Shown piece by piece: positions 48,383 to 57,218 of a stretch of 59,466 nucleotides of DNA. Location of the stretch: NCBI GenBank assembly GCA_001603105.1, contig LVBE01000036.1, forward strand, positions 1-59,466, written 5' to 3'. Under the pieces are notes generated by a model. The model searched no databases and was not told where the DNA came from. It worked only from the letters and a program-made list of their open reading frames with translations. Source of the stretch: Spirochaetales bacterium Spiro_03. Its GTDB lineage: Bacteria; Spirochaetota; Spirochaetia; Sphaerochaetales; Sphaerochaetaceae. The translations under genes were made by a program, and so were the position numbers. Position 1 is the stretch's first letter; every line of letters starts with the position of its first letter.

Positions 48383-49648
48383 TTAAATATATTGCCACTT
48401 GCTCACTGTGTCAAGCAAGCTGCATCCATCGATATACCGGGCCATGAGTAACAACGCCACCGTAGCAGCCTTGCGGCGCACCGATGCGCGGCCGTAGCTA
48501 CTCATCCGTACCGTGACCGCCTCGCTCGCCCTCCCTTCTCCGCTAAAGCCAAAGCAGACCGTCCCAACCGGTTTCTGTGCACTGCCGCCATCGGGGCCGG
48601 CAATACCGGTGATGGAGAAGGCCCAATGGGTCTGGGAGCGAGAACGCATCCCCTCTGCCATTTCAATGGCACATCGCTCACTGACAGCCCCATCTGTATC
48701 AAGGGTCTCTTGCGAGACAGCGAGCATGGTGCGCTTGGCTTCATTGGCGTATGAGCTCACTCCACCCCAAAACCACGCAGAGCTCCCGCTCTGGTCGGTG
48801 AGCAGCGTCGCCGCCAGACCAGCGGTACAGCTCTCCGCACAGCTGATCGTCTCCCCTCTCTTCAGTAGCTCATCGGTCAACAGCGAGGCGGCAGAGACGT
48901 CCCCATCAGCGATCAGCGACGGCCCCACCGATTCCTTGAGCCGGTTGGCCATCGTCGTCCGCTCCTCTAGGCTGCCGCCGACAAGGTAGAGGCTGATCTT
49001 CAAATCCTGGAAGCGGGTACCCCACTGTAGGCCGTTGAAGGAGGCTTGTCGGCAGAGCTCCTCGAGCTTTGCCTCAGGGATCAGGAACGTTGAGTACTCA
49101 CTGCGGTCAAAACTGTCGTGTCCTGCAAGATTGGCGAGGTAGGGCAACACCTCATCGTAGAACATCGGATCCATCTCCCGCGGCGGCCCGGGTAGCGCGA
49201 TGCAGACGATCTCTCGCCCGTCGATCTGGATGGTCCCCCGAAAGCCGGCAGCGGTCCCGTTGGGGTTGGCGATAGCAACAAAGCCCGCAGGAATCATCGT
49301 CTGCTGCTCATTGGCTCCCCAGATCCGCTCTCCGATGCGGCTATAGAGGCGGTCAAAGCTCTCCTGGTCGCGCACTAGGTCGACATTGGCGAGCTGGGCG
49401 ACCACCGACCGCGTCAGATCATCGCTGGTCGGCCCCAAGCCTCCGGTGAGGATCAAAAGGTCACAACGCTCAACCGCTTGGGAAAGGACCGTGGCGATCG
49501 AGCCGTCATCGGGGACGACGACCATCCGCTCGACATGGTAGCCGAGGCGGGTGAGTTGGTTTGCCAACAGCTGGCAGTGTTTGTCAGCGATGACACCGCG
49601 CGTCAGCTCGGTGCCGATGATGAAGAGGCCTGCACTGCGATAGGTCAT
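48383..49648 (-). CDS. cinA: CinA family (molybdopterin-binding domain plus NMN deamidase PncC)
   Basis: IGTEL..G, TGGLGPTSDDLT, LPGPPREM, AESCTAG, GAVS, ITGIAGPDGG, KPVGTV. Confidence 0.92.
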   Translation of the reverse strand: MTYRSAGLFIIGTELTRGVIADKHCQLLANQLTRLGYHVERMVVVPDDGSIATVLSQAVERCDLLILTGGLGPTSDDLTRSVVAQLANVDLVRDQESFDRLYSRIGERIWGANEQQTMIPAGFVAIANPNGTAAGFRGTIQIDGREIVCIALPGPPREMDPMFYDEVLPYLANLAGHDSFDRSEYSTFLIPEAKLEELCRQASFNGLQWGTRFQDLKISLYLVGGSLEERTTMANRLKESVGPSLIADGDVSAASLLTDELLKRGETISCAESCTAGLAATLLTDQSGSSAWFWGGVSSYANEAKRTMLAVSQETLDTDGAVSERCAIEMAEGMRSRSQTHWAFSITGIAGPDGGSAQKPVGTVCFGFSGEGRASEAVTVRMSSYGRASVRRKAATVALLLMARYIDGCSLLDTVSKWQYI

Positions 49649-51288
49649 GGTCGTCGCTCTCTCATATATCGTAGCAGCGCCATGATGGCACCGCCTGCCA
49701 AGAGGGCGAACGAGAGGTAGATCGCTGCCCAGGCTAGATAGTCGATGTGGGTGGTATAGTAGGTGAAGCCTATCTGCTCGCTGCGGTAGACCGGCACATC
49801 ATAGATCCTCCAACCGACCTTGAACGGCTCCATCGGCTCGATGATTTTGCCGGTGATGTCAATGAGGCAGGTCATGCCACTGTTGGTCCCTCTGATCGTC
49901 GTCCTACGGTTCTCGATCGAGCGGAAGACCGCCAAGCCGAGGTGTTGCATCTCGGCGCTCACCGCCTTGGACCACCCATCGTTGGTCATGTTCACGATCA
50001 CATCGGCGCCATTTTTCACAAAGGCGGCATTCAGGTAGCCAAAGACATCCTCAAAGCAGATCGGCGTGGAGAAACGCACCCCGGTATCGGTTTCGAAGAC
50101 CACCGCGTCGGTACCTTTCTCCCACCAGTTGTAGTCGTTGGCCAACAGCAGGTTGTAGAGCCAGGGCATCTGCCGCTCGTAGGGAAAGTGTTCGGTGAAG
50201 GGGACGAGGTGCTGCTTGCGATAGGTGTTCTTGATCGTCCCTCCTTCAAAGAAGATGACCGTGTTGTAGTCCTTGCGGTTCCAGCTGCCATCCTCGCCGA
50301 GTGCAGGCAAGCTAGGATCATCGATCACCCCTTCGGGGTTACCGGTCACCAGCGGGATAGGCAGTGACTTGCCAAAGGCAACGAACTCTTCGACCAAGGC
50401 TCGCGTGTCAGGATCACTGGGATAGCGCTCATGCCAGGCAACCGACGGCACGAACGCCGTCTCGCTCCAGATGATCGCCTCAGGTTGGGCTGTGAGCGCC
50501 TCAAGGCTCATCTTGCGTAGGTTATTGAAGTTGCGCTTATAGGTGGCATAGCCTCCCTCCCAGGTGTCCGCACTGTGCTGGATGGTGGCGACACGCCAAT
50601 GGGTGTCCGGCTCGATGAGCCTCCAGTGGGCGATCGAGGCGAAGCCAAAGACCAGCGTCGCTACGATCGTCGCCCCGTAGGCGATGAGGAACACGCGATG
50701 GCCTTTCAGAGCCAGGGCCACCGATCGGGGGCGACTGTGCAACACAGAAGCCACAAAGGTCTGCGGCAGGACCATCAGGAGTGTCACACCCCAGATTCCA
50801 GTGAATTCAGCGATTTGGATAAACGGAAGGTAGCGGTACGCCGCAGAGCCCAACGTCCCGTAGGGGTAGCCGGCAAACCAATCCTGGCTGAGGTAGGAGT
50901 ACGCCACCCAGATCACCGCCTCCACCAGATAGCCGTACTTCTTGAAGAGCCTCTGCCCTGCCTTCAAGGCAGGGAAGAGGAGAACCATCTCCCCACCCTT
51001 GATGATCGGGACGATCAGGATGGCTAGCGGGTGGAAGGTCTTCAACCAGTAGTTGAAGAAGAGGTAGAACATGAAGCCGTAGAAGAAGCCGTAGATCGGG
51101 ACAAGCTTGCACGTGGTATTGCGGATGACCCAAAAGACCGGGATCAGGGCGACGAAGGCTACGGCCCCTATCCCGTTGGTCGAGACCAGGCCGGGGAAGG
51201 CGAATGAGTAGATGAATGCAGATAACAATAAGGTCAAAACCTCAGAACCGACTGTTCTGAGGTTTCGCCTGGGGTTCAGATCGACCAA
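49645..51288 (-). CDS. lnt: Apolipoprotein N-acyltransferase
   Basis: TM N-terminus, WSETA, YRKQHLVPFTE, PICFE, TNDGW, RSIEN, NSG. Confidence 0.93.
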   Translation of the reverse strand: MVDLNPRRNLRTVGSEVLTLLLSAFIYSFAFPGLVSTNGIGAVAFVALIPVFWVIRNTTCKLVPIYGFFYGFMFYLFFNYWLKTFHPLAILIVPIIKGGEMVLLFPALKAGQRLFKKYGYLVEAVIWVAYSYLSQDWFAGYPYGTLGSAAYRYLPFIQIAEFTGIWGVTLLMVLPQTFVASVLHSRPRSVALALKGHRVFLIAYGATIVATLVFGFASIAHWRLIEPDTHWRVATIQHSADTWEGGYATYKRNFNNLRKMSLEALTAQPEAIIWSETAFVPSVAWHERYPSDPDTRALVEEFVAFGKSLPIPLVTGNPEGVIDDPSLPALGEDGSWNRKDYNTVIFFEGGTIKNTYRKQHLVPFTEHFPYERQMPWLYNLLLANDYNWWEKGTDAVVFETDTGVRFSTPICFEDVFGYLNAAFVKNGADVIVNMTNDGWSKAVSAEMQHLGLAVFRSIENRRTTIRGTNSGMTCLIDITGKIIEPMEPFKVGWRIYDVPVYRSEQIGFTYYTTHIDYLAWAAIYLSFALLAGGAIMALLRYMRERRP

Positions 51289-51326
51289 GAGATCATCTCC
51301 TTGATGCGGTATTAGCGCTGGTGTGG

Positions 51327-51641
51327 TTATTCAGACTTGCTATCGCGCAAATCCCACACGTAGTCCTTCAGCTCCTTGCCCGGGCGGAAGATGGCAACAC
51401 CATGGGTCTCAACGGAGACAATCTCGCCGGTCTTTGGGTTGCGGGCCTTCTCTCTTCCCTTGCGGGTGCGAACCTCGAATGTACCGAAGCCTCGTAGCTC
51501 GATGACCTGGTCATTCTTAAGGCCATTCTTCACCTCTTCAAAGAACTCATCAATGATAGCATGGATATCGGCGCGGTTGATCCCGTGCTTCTCGTAGAGG
51601 TTTTCAATGATGGCTGCTTTTGTCAACTTTGGTCCTGCCAT
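51327..51641 (-). CDS. HU/IHF family DNA-binding protein (Hbb-like)
   Basis: IELRGFGTFEVRTRKGREKARNPKTGE, FRPGKELK. Confidence 0.94.
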   Translation of the reverse strand: MAGPKLTKAAIIENLYEKHGINRADIHAIIDEFFEEVKNGLKNDQVIELRGFGTFEVRTRKGREKARNPKTGEIVSVETHGVAIFRPGKELKDYVWDLRDSKSE

Positions 51642-51699
51642 GATTACTCCTTGATACAGATTCTTATGGATCTAACAAGATCCGCTGATAGTACGGTCC

Positions 51700-51981
51700 T
51701 CAGGCCTGTGCTGCGTCCTGGTTGGCAAATGCGTTGAACTTGACCTGCAACCGGGACTTCTTGCGGTTGGCGGTGTTGTGGTGGATGATTCCCTTGTTTG
51801 CCGTGGTGTCAATCAACTTAAGGCTCAGGGCGAGGGCGCTCTGTGCACTCTCCTGGTCCTGTGCAACCAATGCGGCCTCAAACTTCTTGATGGCGGTGCG
51901 CATGGTGCTCTTCGCCGCACGGTTTCTCATCCTGCGGACGCGGTTCTGTCGCTCTCGTTTCTCAGCAGACCTGTTACTCAC
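51700..51981 (-). CDS. rpsT: 30S ribosomal protein S20
   Basis: NRSAEKRERQN..RRMRN...KS..RTAIKK, KGIIHHNTANRKKSRL. GTG start with GGAGG RBS. Confidence 0.96.
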   Translation of the reverse strand: MSNRSAEKRERQNRVRRMRNRAAKSTMRTAIKKFEAALVAQDQESAQSALALSLKLIDTTANKGIIHHNTANRKKSRLQVKFNAFANQDAAQA

Positions 51982-52062
51982 GTAATACCTCCGAACATAT
52001 TGCATTGAATATGTAATCATGTATGAAAGATGGTGTCGGCAACTAGGGGCCGACGGCTTAAA

Positions 52063-52091
52063 AACATATCACAGTCTATAAAATCGGTCAA
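52063..52091 (-). promoter_or_regulatory. Putative sigma70 promoter of rpsT
   Basis: Minus strand TTGACC-N17-TATGTT with extended TG. Confidence 0.5.
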
Positions 52092-52105
52092 TACAATGCT
52101 TTATC

Positions 52106-53176
52106 TCAAGGGGATAAAAATTCATCCGTCCACTGTTTCGTGACTTCCCATCGAGCGGTCGCATCATTGTAAAAAACAGCACTCTGTGGCAGGCTCAGCA
52201 TCCGCCCCTCGCCCCCCGCAAGGGTAATCTGCTTGGAGAGGATATTCACCTCGGTGACCCGCAAAAGGTCGAAACCGACTTTCAGCCGGCTTCCCTCCGG
52301 CGGATAGCTGCGCTTCTCCTCAACATAGAAATCATACTCATAGGAGAGACAGCACAAGAGCCTGCCGCATGGGCCGCTGATCTTCATCGAGTTCAGCGAG
52401 AGGTTCTGCTCCTTTGCCATCTTGATGGAGACCGGGCTGAGTTTGTCGGTGACGCTGTGACAGCAGAAGTCCCGCCCACAGACAGCGAGGCCGCCGAGCA
52501 CTCGGCTCTCATCACGTACCCCGATTTGGCGTAGCTCAATGCGAATCTTGAAGACCGAGACCAAGTCCTTCACCAGTTCACGGAAGTCGACGCGCACATC
52601 GGCGGTGAAGAAGAAGATAATCTTCGCCTCGCCGAGGAGGTAGTGGGCAGTCACCAGCTTCATATCAAGCTTGTGCAAGGCGATCTTCTCCCGGCAGATC
52701 CGCATCGCTTCATCTTCCTTTGCCAGAAGCTCCTGGTAGCGATTCAGATCCGACGGGGTGGCAAGGCGGTCGATCCAGAACACATCAGAGGCGATCGGCA
52801 CTTCTTGAGGGTCGATGCTTGGATTGCACCCCCTGCAACTCTCGCAGGGATGCTCATCGGCTTCGCCTTGGTAGAGCACCTCCTCCTCATCGTCCAAATC
52901 CGAATCCTCCCACCTCTGGTGGTGGCACGCCCCGCGAAACTGGGTTGAGCCTGGCTCATACGACCTGTCCAGTCGGTCCGCGCTCGAGATGATGACGCCA
53001 AGATCGAGGCCATAACGTGTCGGAATCACCACACTGGTGCCCGGATAGAGCACCGAATCCCATGCGCAGATGCTGACCTCATTGGAAGCGGGGTTCTTTA
53101 CCAAATATATAAAGCCGTTGTTGGGGCGTTGTCTTCGCTCCTGGACGGCCGGATTACGCACTCTGTCTCTCTTCAT
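52106..53176 (-). CDS. PSP1/YaaT (RicT) family Fe-S regulatory protein
   Basis: FFFTADVRVDFRELVKDL, RIELRQIGVRDE, GGLAVCGRDFCC, KISGPCGRLLCCLSYE. Confidence 0.92.
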   Translation of the reverse strand: MKRDRVRNPAVQERRQRPNNGFIYLVKNPASNEVSICAWDSVLYPGTSVVIPTRYGLDLGVIISSADRLDRSYEPGSTQFRGACHHQRWEDSDLDDEEEVLYQGEADEHPCESCRGCNPSIDPQEVPIASDVFWIDRLATPSDLNRYQELLAKEDEAMRICREKIALHKLDMKLVTAHYLLGEAKIIFFFTADVRVDFRELVKDLVSVFKIRIELRQIGVRDESRVLGGLAVCGRDFCCHSVTDKLSPVSIKMAKEQNLSLNSMKISGPCGRLLCCLSYEYDFYVEEKRSYPPEGSRLKVGFDLLRVTEVNILSKQITLAGGEGRMLSLPQSAVFYNDATARWEVTKQWTDEFLSP

Positions 53177-53315
53177 ACAGATCCTTCGCCCATCGGGCTA
53201 TGTCCCTGTCACGCTACCATGAGAGGCACAATTTGTCAAACTCTTATCACGATGGCATAAGTAATTGTTGCTATTATGTTTACAAACATTGGATATCTGT
53301 CAATACAATATATGC

Positions 53316-53879
53316 CTATGGACGGCAGGTGATGCAGTCGCCGATCTTCAGCTGCTGCAGCACATGGATCGGCCGGTCTCGTTCATAGTCATCGATCGAG
53401 GCGCCATTGGAGGATGAGAGTACCTCTCCGGTACGGTCAATGAGCAATAGGCCCGGGATATAGAAGCGACTCTCTCCGACCTTCTCCATCACAGCGGTAG
53501 CCGAGCGGTGTTCGTACGGCAAGTAGCCGAAGGGATAGTCTCCTCCCTGCATGAAGGCGAGCAGCTCGTCATTGCCCGTATCCGAGCCATGGCCGACGAA
53601 CACCAGCTCAAAAGAGGTGCCGTAGAGGCTCTTCAGCGCCGCATAGGAGCGCTTCAGTTGTGGCCCATACTCGATGCAGTGTGGACACCAATCAGCAGCA
53701 TAGTAGAGCAGCAGGTACTGTGCATCGATGGGCATCGGTTCGCCGTCGGCGTAGCACACCGATGAGTAGAGTATGGCCATGGGATCAGGTTCGACAGCCT
53801 TCGTCGTAGTGCAGGCGAGCAATAGCGTGCCAACCAATACCACCATCACCATCAGCGATACCCTCGTCGATCTCATCAT
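53316..53879 (-). CDS. Thioredoxin-like (tryparedoxin/nucleoredoxin-type) lipoprotein
   Basis: Lipobox LLLAC, LLYYAADWCPHC, FELVFV, IPGLLLID..G. GGAGG RBS. Confidence 0.82.
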   Translation of the reverse strand: MMRSTRVSLMVMVVLVGTLLLACTTTKAVEPDPMAILYSSVCYADGEPMPIDAQYLLLYYAADWCPHCIEYGPQLKRSYAALKSLYGTSFELVFVGHGSDTGNDELLAFMQGGDYPFGYLPYEHRSATAVMEKVGESRFYIPGLLLIDRTGEVLSSSNGASIDDYERDRPIHVLQQLKIGDCITCRP

Positions 53880-53956
53880 CTGCCTCCGCCACCAGTATAG
53901 CAGATACCACAACAGCAGGGCATATTTGTTGCAAAATAATCAAATTACGCAAAAGA

Positions 53957-53985
53957 TTGACGGCTAAATATGGTCATGATATCAT
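53957..53985 (+). promoter_or_regulatory. Putative sigma70 promoter of tatD-dusB
   Basis: TTGACG-N17-TATCAT with extended TG. Confidence 0.6.
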
Positions 53986-54032
53986 TTTGGTACATCTCCC
54001 TTTCCAGTGAGCATGTACCTCAAGGAGTCGAT

Positions 54033-54818
54033 ATGAAGCTGTTTGACACACACGCCCATATAGGGTTATTGCAAGACGATAAGATGGAGCAGTTGCTCGC
54101 AGTCCAGCGAGCCAAGGTGCGGTCGGTGCAATACGTCGTTTCAATCACCAACAGCCTCGGCGATTTCGAACGCACCTATGCCAACTTGGAGAGCGCCTCA
54201 TCGGTGCTCCACGCTGTCGGCGTCTCCCCTACCGAGGCGGCAAACCCTGGGCGGGATTGGGATGAGCGGGTCATCGCCCATGCGCAGACAAAGCGGCGCA
54301 TCGTCGCCATCGGGGAGACAGGATTGGACTACCATCACATGTTCGGCGGGGATAAGGGGGTACAGATCGAGATGATGCTCCGCCACCTTGAAATCGCTCG
54401 ACAGCTTGATTTGCCGGTGATCATCCACAACCGCAATGCCGGTGATGACCTACTGGGAATCCTCAGCGCAAAACTGCCTCCGAAGGGGGGCATCCTCCAC
54501 TGCTATACCGAAGATTGGACCTTTGCCAAGCGGGCACTAGAGCTGAACCTCTCCTTCTCCTTTGCAGGAAACCTCACCTTCCGCACCAGTCGCAGCCTCC
54601 ATGAGGTGGCTACCCACTTGCCGATGGATCGAATCCTCATCGAAAGCGAAGCACCCTTCATGACCCCCTTCGCCTACAAGGGGGAGCGCAACAAGATCCA
54701 CTATATCGTGGAAACCGCCATGGCTCTTGCTGATCTACGCCAAAGCCCCCTTGAGGAGATTACCGAAGCGCTCTATGCTAACAGCCTCAAGGCCTTTGGC
54801 CTTGCGCAAGAACCATGA
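54033..54818 (+). CDS. TatD family hydrolase
   Basis: DTHAH, AIGETGLDY, PVIIHNR, ILHCY, LIESEAPF. AAGGAG RBS. Confidence 0.92.
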   Translation: MKLFDTHAHIGLLQDDKMEQLLAVQRAKVRSVQYVVSITNSLGDFERTYANLESASSVLHAVGVSPTEAANPGRDWDERVIAHAQTKRRIVAIGETGLDYHHMFGGDKGVQIEMMLRHLEIARQLDLPVIIHNRNAGDDLLGILSAKLPPKGGILHCYTEDWTFAKRALELNLSFSFAGNLTFRTSRSLHEVATHLPMDRILIESEAPFMTPFAYKGERNKIHYIVETAMALADLRQSPLEEITEALYANSLKAFGLAQEP

Positions 54819-55810
54819 GTGAACCACTATATCATCCGCTATCCATCGCCAACCTGACCGTAGAGGGCAACATCTTCCTCGCACCGCTTGCCGGCTACAC
54901 CGACGTCCCCTTCAGGACCTTGGCAAAGGAGGGAGGAGCCGACCTGACCTTCACCGAGATGGTGAGTGTGGAGGGCCTAAGTCGCGAGGGGGAGAAGACC
55001 TTGCACCTGCTAGAGCGCTCCCCCTTGGAGACGGTGTGGGCTGTCCAGCTCTTTCTCTACAGCACCTCATCGCTACGCCAAGCCTTAGATCTCCTCTTGC
55101 CCTACGGGCCGAGCATGATCGACATCAACTGCGGCTGTCCGGTACCGAAGGTCACCAAGACCGGAGCCGGCTCGGCGATGATGAAGAACCCGGCCCTGAT
55201 AACCGAGGCGGTTCGCATCATCAAGGACCACACCGGCCTACCGGTCTCGGTGAAGCTGCGTATCGGGTGGGACCAGGAGAGCCGCAACTACCTCGCCTTC
55301 AGCCAGGCAGCGCTGGATGGAGGCTCTGATATGCTGACCCTCCATGCCCGTACCCGAAGCCAAGGCTACGCCCCCTTTGCCGAGTGGGCCACGCTCAAGA
55401 CGCTGAAGCAGTACACCACCGACCACCACTATGCGGTACCGATCTTCGGCTCCGGAGACCTCTTTGAACCTATCGATGCCAAACGCATGCTCACCGAGTG
55501 TGGCATCGATGGGGTGATGTTCGCCCGCGGGGCGATCGGCAACCCCCTGATCTTCAACCAGGCCAAGGCACTATTGGCGGGACAGGAGTATAGCGTGCCC
55601 ACTCGATCTGAACTGAGGGCTCTCATCATCCGCCACCTCGATCTGATGATCGCCCACTACGGGGAAGAGAGTGCATGCAAGGCGATGCGCAAGCACAGCG
55701 CCGCCTACCTGAAGGGCATCGCAAAGAGCTCATCGATCAAACAGCAACTGGTACAGGCAGTGACGCGAGAACACTACCTGGATGCCCTCAATGGCCTTGT
55801 TGACCTATAA
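54815..55810 (+). CDS. dusB: tRNA-dihydrouridine synthase
   Basis: LAPLAGYTD, TEMVS, DINCGCPVPKV, SVKLRIGWD, HART, GVMFARG. Confidence 0.9.
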   Translation: MSEPLYHPLSIANLTVEGNIFLAPLAGYTDVPFRTLAKEGGADLTFTEMVSVEGLSREGEKTLHLLERSPLETVWAVQLFLYSTSSLRQALDLLLPYGPSMIDINCGCPVPKVTKTGAGSAMMKNPALITEAVRIIKDHTGLPVSVKLRIGWDQESRNYLAFSQAALDGGSDMLTLHARTRSQGYAPFAEWATLKTLKQYTTDHHYAVPIFGSGDLFEPIDAKRMLTECGIDGVMFARGAIGNPLIFNQAKALLAGQEYSVPTRSELRALIIRHLDLMIAHYGEESACKAMRKHSAAYLKGIAKSSSIKQQLVQAVTREHYLDALNGLVDL

Positions 55811-55858
55811 AGCGCTAAAATGGTAGCGTTATCCTACGAGAGAAGATAAGGACGCGCC

Positions 55859-57115
55859 ATGAAAGTGTTAGTGTTGGGTTCAGGAGCCAAGGACCACGCC
55901 ATTACCTGGTGGTTCTCCCAAAGTCGCTTGATCGACGGACTGTTCGTTGCCCCAGGCAACATCGGCACACAATATATCGCAACCAACCTTGCCATCGATC
56001 CATCCGATCCACAGCAAGTGCATGAGGCCTGCCTGGAGCACGGGATCGACTATGTCTTCGTCGGAACCGAAAACCCGCTCTTCACTGGCGTCATCGACTA
56101 CCTCAATGAACGAGGCATCGATACCTTTGGCGCTCCGATGCGTGCCCTCAAGCTAGAGGGCGACCGCACCTTTGCCCGGATGTTCACTGACCGGCATAAC
56201 ATCCCCACCGCCTCCCATGCGCTCTTCGGTGATGAAGAGACCCTCAGCAACTACCTGAAGACCCACCAGGGCCAGCGCTTCGTCGTCAAGAGCAACACCA
56301 TCGCCCCTAGCCGGGTGATGGTCGACTCCAGCGACTACGATGCATTGATGGAGTTCTCCAGGACAATACTGGCCACTGGACCGATCATCCTGGAGGAGCA
56401 CCTTGAGGGACTGCCAATCACCGTCACCCTCTTTCTGGACAACAAGGGTTACCTGGCTCTGCCCACGTGCAGTGACTACATGAAGAGCGAGAGCGGCGGT
56501 CTGCCTACCGGTGGCATGGGATCGATTTGTCCGGTGCCGCTGCAGCCAGAACTCACCGCCTCCCTCTTTGAGACGATCATCGAGCCGACGCTCTTTGGCC
56601 TGAAGGCAGAGCGGATGGCATACAAGGGGGTGTTGACCATCAGTGTCATCATCACCAAACACGGGCCGATCCTCGTCGACTACCACGTCCGCTTCAACGA
56701 CCCGGCAGCCCAGGCCTTCGTCCCGCTGATCAAGACCGACATCGTCGAGATTCTCACTGCCATGCAGCATGACACCCTCAACGAACTGAGTCTGGAGCTC
56801 TCCACCAACAGCGCAGTGGCCTTGGTGGTAGCCAGTGAGGGGTATCCTGAACGGCCTATCATCGGCAAGGTCCTCGACCCCCTGCCTGCCCCCTTGATGC
56901 TCAACGCCTTCGAAGCCGCCCCCCGCTACTTCTTCGGCGGCGTCCAACAGATCGATGGGGTGGCCCAGACCACCGGTGGGCGATGTGTCACCGTCGTCGG
57001 CATCGGCTACAATATCATGAACGCCAACAAGAGCGCCTATAAAGGGGTCAAGCACGTCAATTTTGAGGGTGCCTGGTACCGCAAGGACATCGGAGACAAA
57101 TTCTTCGAAAACTAG
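55859..57115 (+). CDS. PurD-like (GAR synthetase fold) ATP-grasp protein, divergent
   Basis: Collinear with PurD (MKVLVLGSG, APGN, PTGGMGS, YKGVL, GYPE, TGGR, YRKDIG), but many conserved active-site residues differ. Confidence 0.8.
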   Translation: MKVLVLGSGAKDHAITWWFSQSRLIDGLFVAPGNIGTQYIATNLAIDPSDPQQVHEACLEHGIDYVFVGTENPLFTGVIDYLNERGIDTFGAPMRALKLEGDRTFARMFTDRHNIPTASHALFGDEETLSNYLKTHQGQRFVVKSNTIAPSRVMVDSSDYDALMEFSRTILATGPIILEEHLEGLPITVTLFLDNKGYLALPTCSDYMKSESGGLPTGGMGSICPVPLQPELTASLFETIIEPTLFGLKAERMAYKGVLTISVIITKHGPILVDYHVRFNDPAAQAFVPLIKTDIVEILTAMQHDTLNELSLELSTNSAVALVVASEGYPERPIIGKVLDPLPAPLMLNAFEAAPRYFFGGVQQIDGVAQTTGGRCVTVVGIGYNIMNANKSAYKGVKHVNFEGAWYRKDIGDKFFEN

Positions 57116-57174
57116 CACATAGGCGCTCTTTCTGCCACAGTTTTGGTTTTGTCCCAAACTCCTCCTATAAGGAT

Positions 57175-57203
57175 TTGCTTAATCTGCTACACGCGCCTAT
57201 AAT
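57175..57203 (+). promoter_or_regulatory. Putative sigma70 promoter
   Basis: TTGCTT-N17-TATAAT, 15 bp before ATG 57219. Confidence 0.65.
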
Positions 57204-57218
57204 GGGGCATCTTGTTTC

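Noticed and set aside
52036-52054. GTCGGC-N7-GCCGAC hairpin in the rpsT leader
   Set aside because: Could be an S20 autoregulatory element or a terminator, but a 6-bp stem alone is insufficient evidence.
56153-57157. 334-aa antisense ORF opposite the PurD-like gene, and similar antisense ORFs elsewhere
   Set aside because: Expected from high-GC3 codon bias. No motifs or RBS.
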